From positions 32,001-96,000 of the forward strand of contig CAWGMA010000003.1 of the NCBI GenBank assembly GCA_963823555.1: a stretch of 64,000 bases of DNA. The letters run 5' to 3'. The notes under the pieces were generated by a model that worked only from the letters and a program-made list of their open reading frames with translations, made no database searches and had not been told where the DNA came from. Below, piece after piece: positions 61,638-64,000 of the stretch (position 1 is its first letter; every line of letters starts with the position of its first letter). This stretch comes from Candidatus Eiseniibacteriota bacterium. GTDB taxonomy: Bacteria > Eisenbacteria > RBG-16-71-46 > CAVPCR01. Position numbers and translations under genes: made by a program.

Positions 61638-61847
61638 TCAGCGAACGGGATCGTAGCCCCCCTCGTGCCAGGGATGACAGCGAAGAAGCCGGCGCGCCGC
61701 GAGCCAGCCGCCATACCAGGCACCGTAGCGATCGATGGCCTCCTCGGCATACGCCGAGCAGCTCGGAGCGAATCGACACGCCACGGGCAGCGTAGGGGAG
61801 ATGAAACGGCGATAGACGCCGAGCACCATGAGCACCAAGGCCTTCAT
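61638..61847 (-). CDS. yidD: Membrane protein insertion efficiency factor YidD
   Basis: YRRFISP...[13 protein letters not shown]...[14 protein letters not shown]. Confidence 0.95.
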   Translation of the reverse strand: MKALVLMVLGVYRRFISPTLPVACRFAPSCSAYAEEAIDRYGAWYGGWLAARRLLRCHPWHEGGYDPVR

Positions 61848-62308
61848 CCCTGCGCCTCGGTCGAAGGTGGAAGCACGGCGCCGAGACATCGTAGCTTCGC
61901 CAGGACGGAAATCAAGTCGGCATCGACCTCGCTCCGCCTGGCCCGCACGCAGCCGGAGCGCGCGATCAGCGCCATATGGCAAGGAGCCGCGAGCCGGTGC
62001 TGATTGAGCCGGTATGCCTCCCTTAGAAGGCGCTTTGCGCGATTGCGCTCCACTGCTCCCCCGACCCGCCGGCTGGCCACAACGCCGAACTTGTGCTCGG
62101 CAGTGTTCCGGAGCACGCAGACGACGACCAGCCGACCCGCCATTCGCTCACCCGACTCGAAGATGGCGCGGAACTCGCTACGTAGCTTGAGCTTGATTCT
62201 TGCAGGAATGCGCGAGCGCGGCGTGCGGATCGAACGCGGCCCTTCGGGCTCAGACGCAGAGGCGATGCCGACCCTTGGCGCGACGACGGGAGAGGATCGC
62301 TCGTCCAT
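61844..62308 (-). CDS. rnpA: Ribonuclease P protein component (start uncertain)
   Basis: [24 protein letters not shown] (RNR motif); position after rpmH. Confidence 0.92.
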   Translation of the reverse strand: MDERSSPVVAPRVGIASASEPEGPRSIRTPRSRIPARIKLKLRSEFRAIFESGERMAGRLVVVCVLRNTAEHKFGVVASRRVGGAVERNRAKRLLREAYRLNQHRLAAPCHMALIARSGCVRARRSEVDADLISVLAKLRCLGAVLPPSTEAQG

Positions 62309-62384
62309 TCTTGGTGCTCATCCGCTTGCGAAACCCGTGCGTCCGCTTGCGGCTCTTCTTGTGCGGCTGGTACGTGCGCTTCAC
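62250..62384 (-). CDS. rpmH: 50S ribosomal protein L34
   Basis: Not in the ORF track; translated by hand from [47 protein letters not shown]. Confidence 0.96.
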   Translation of the reverse strand: MKRTYQPHKKSRKRTHGFRKRMSTKNGRAILSRRRAKGRHRLCV

Positions 62385-62399
62385 TTCTGGAGTACCCCT

Positions 62400-62870
62400 T
62401 GCTCACTCGGTTGAGGCTGAACAGCTTAACGGCTGCTCAGAGATCTCGCCTGCATCGCGCGGTGGTGCGCCGGCCGCGCATATCCCCCTTGTGTGCATAA
62501 TCCGGTGGATATTATTGATGCTCCGCGACCTCGTCAAGCGGAAAAAACCTCTTGATTGCGTCACCTACGCGGTGATAGATTGCCCTTCGCCCAAGGGAAA
62601 AGCCCGAGACCTGAGGCCGGTGGATTCCGCGAGCCATCCCTTCCACGGGCGGCTGATTCTCCCAAGCCCTGTGGATTGCTCGAAGTGATCGGGCTCCTGC
62701 CGGGGCCGCTGTAATCTGCACCCGCATCATCTGCATAGCTTCGCATCAAGCTGGTCACGCATGTGGCGGAGGGTGGTTTTTTGCCCCTTCGCCAAACGGC
62801 CCCGCTCGCCTTGGCGCTTCTTCATTCTTGCAGTAATGGCGGCCACAACCAACCAGCGCCCGAGGGTCAT
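62400..62870. promoter_or_regulatory. rpmH-dnaA divergent intergenic region with DnaA boxes (dnaA promoter, possible part of oriC)
   Basis: TGTGCATAA at 62492-62500 (TTATGCACA, fits TTWTNCACA); degenerate TGTGGATTG at 62670-62678; locally more AT-rich. Confidence 0.55.
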
Positions 62871-62874
62871 AGAG

Positions 62875-64000
62875 GTGACGATAGCCAACGGGAGTTTGGA
62901 GTCCCACGAGGACTCGGTGTGGGACCGGGTGCAGGAGCAGTTGCGGATTCTCGTTCCAGGTCGAAGCTTCGACACCTGGATTCGCCCGCTTCAGCTTCTC
63001 GCCTTCGATGGAAGCCAGCTCGTCATCGGAGTGCGCGACTCGTTCATCAAGGACTGGGTCGACGAGCACTACCGCAGCCTGATCGAAAGCAGCGTCGAGT
63101 CCGTGCTCGGACTCAAAGCCAAAATCTCCTTCTCGATTCAGCGTCAACCCGCTGAGGCCGCCGCCAAGAGCCCCGAGCCGGTCACTTTGGAGCCGCGCCT
63201 CCGGCATGCATGGGGGCTCAATCACCGTCATACCTTCGAGACCTTCGTCGTCGGCGCATGCAATCAGTTTGCCAATGCGGCGGCCCAAGCCGTCGCGGAG
63301 CGCCCCGGCAAGGTCTACAACCCGCTGTTCGTCTACGGCGGGGTCGGCCTAGGAAAAACTCACATCCTCCATGCAATTGGCACGCGAGTGTTGGCGCTCA
63401 ACTCCGATGCACACGTGTGCTACGCAACCGGTGAGAAGTTCATGACCGAGATGATCAACGCCATCCAGCGCGGGCGGACGATCGAATTCAAGCGCCGCTA
63501 CCGCTCGATGGACGTCCTGCTCATCGACGATGTCCAGTTCCTCGCCGGTAAGGACTCCACCCAGGAGGAGTTCTTCCATACCTTCAACGCCCTCCACGAG
63601 GCCCACCGGCAGATCGTGATCTCCTGCGACTGTCCACCCAAGGAAATCGACGGCCTCGAGGATCGCCTCATCTCGCGCTTCGGCTGGGGACTCGTCACCG
63701 ATATCCAGGCGCCCGATCTCGAAACCCGCATCGCCATCCTGCGCAAGCATGCGGAGTTCAAGGGGGTCTCGCTCCGGGACGACGTGGCTCTCCTCATCGC
63801 TCAGAACATCAGGAGCAACATCCGGGAGCTGGAGGGGTGCCTCACCCGTCTCTTCGCCTTGGCCCGGAACATGAACCGCAAGGTGGACGTTGCATTCGCG
63901 GAGCAAGTGCTCAGCGATCTCTTTCGCGGGCAGCGACGGGCTCTGAGCCCGCGCCGCATCATGGAAGCCACAGCCCAGGTTTTCGGCATCGAGCTGGAGC
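62875..64000 (+). CDS. dnaA: Chromosomal replication initiator DnaA (runs off window; start uncertain)
   Basis: Absent from the ORF track (no stop in window); hand translation gives SFDTWIRP, YTFETFVVG, YNPLFVYGGVGLGKTH, LLIDDVQFLAGKDSTQEEFFHTFN. Confidence 0.97.
   Translation, partial: MTIANGSLESHEDSVWDRVQEQLRILVPGRSFDTWIRPLQLLAFDGSQLVIGVRDSFIKDWVDEHYRSLIESSVESVLGLKAKISFSIQRQPAEAAAKSPEPVTLEPRLRHAWGLNHRHTFETFVVGACNQFANAAAQAVAERPGKVYNPLFVYGGVGLGKTHILHAIGTRVLALNSDAHVCYATGEKFMTEMINAIQRGRTIEFKRRYRSMDVLLIDDVQFLAGKDSTQEEFFHTFNALHEAHRQIVISCDCPPKEIDGLEDRLISRFGWGLVTDIQAPDLETRIAILRKHAEFKGVSLRDDVALLIAQNIRSNIRELEGCLTRLFALARNMNRKVDVAFAEQVLSDLFRGQRRALSPRRIMEATAQVFGIELE

Overview
High-GC bacterial chromosomal segment ending at the replication-origin region; probably an FCB-superphylum candidate lineage such as Ca. 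Eisenbacteria, Krumholzibacteriota or Latescibacterota, inferred only from six secreted proteins sharing a FlgD-Ig/T9SS-like C-terminal domain. The right end has dnaA (+, truncated) divergent from rpmH-rnpA-yidD-yidC-jag-rsmG-NUDIX-[DEDDh exonuclease/WYL]-[2.2 kb parS array]-parA-parB-M23 peptidase, then moxR-DUF58-BatA/vWA, and mfd-surA-fadI-fadJ-acyl-CoA dehydrogenase. The left half is accessory: secreted enzymes, c-type cytochromes, MscS/GH15, an ECF sigma/anti-sigma/TonB-receptor module and a decaying islet bounded by a 113-bp inverted-repeat element. Main findings: (1) a centromere-like higher-order tandem array with 15 perfect plus 1 near-perfect parS palindromes, interleaved at fixed spacing with 9 copies of a second, non-canonical 16-bp palindrome, directly downstream of an exonuclease-WYL fusion; (2) an intact-frame FadI/FadJ pair that has lost key catalytic residues, including both thiolase cysteines. 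Several genes carry single-base frameshifts that look like long-read assembly errors. Family assignments are from motif recognition, not database searches.
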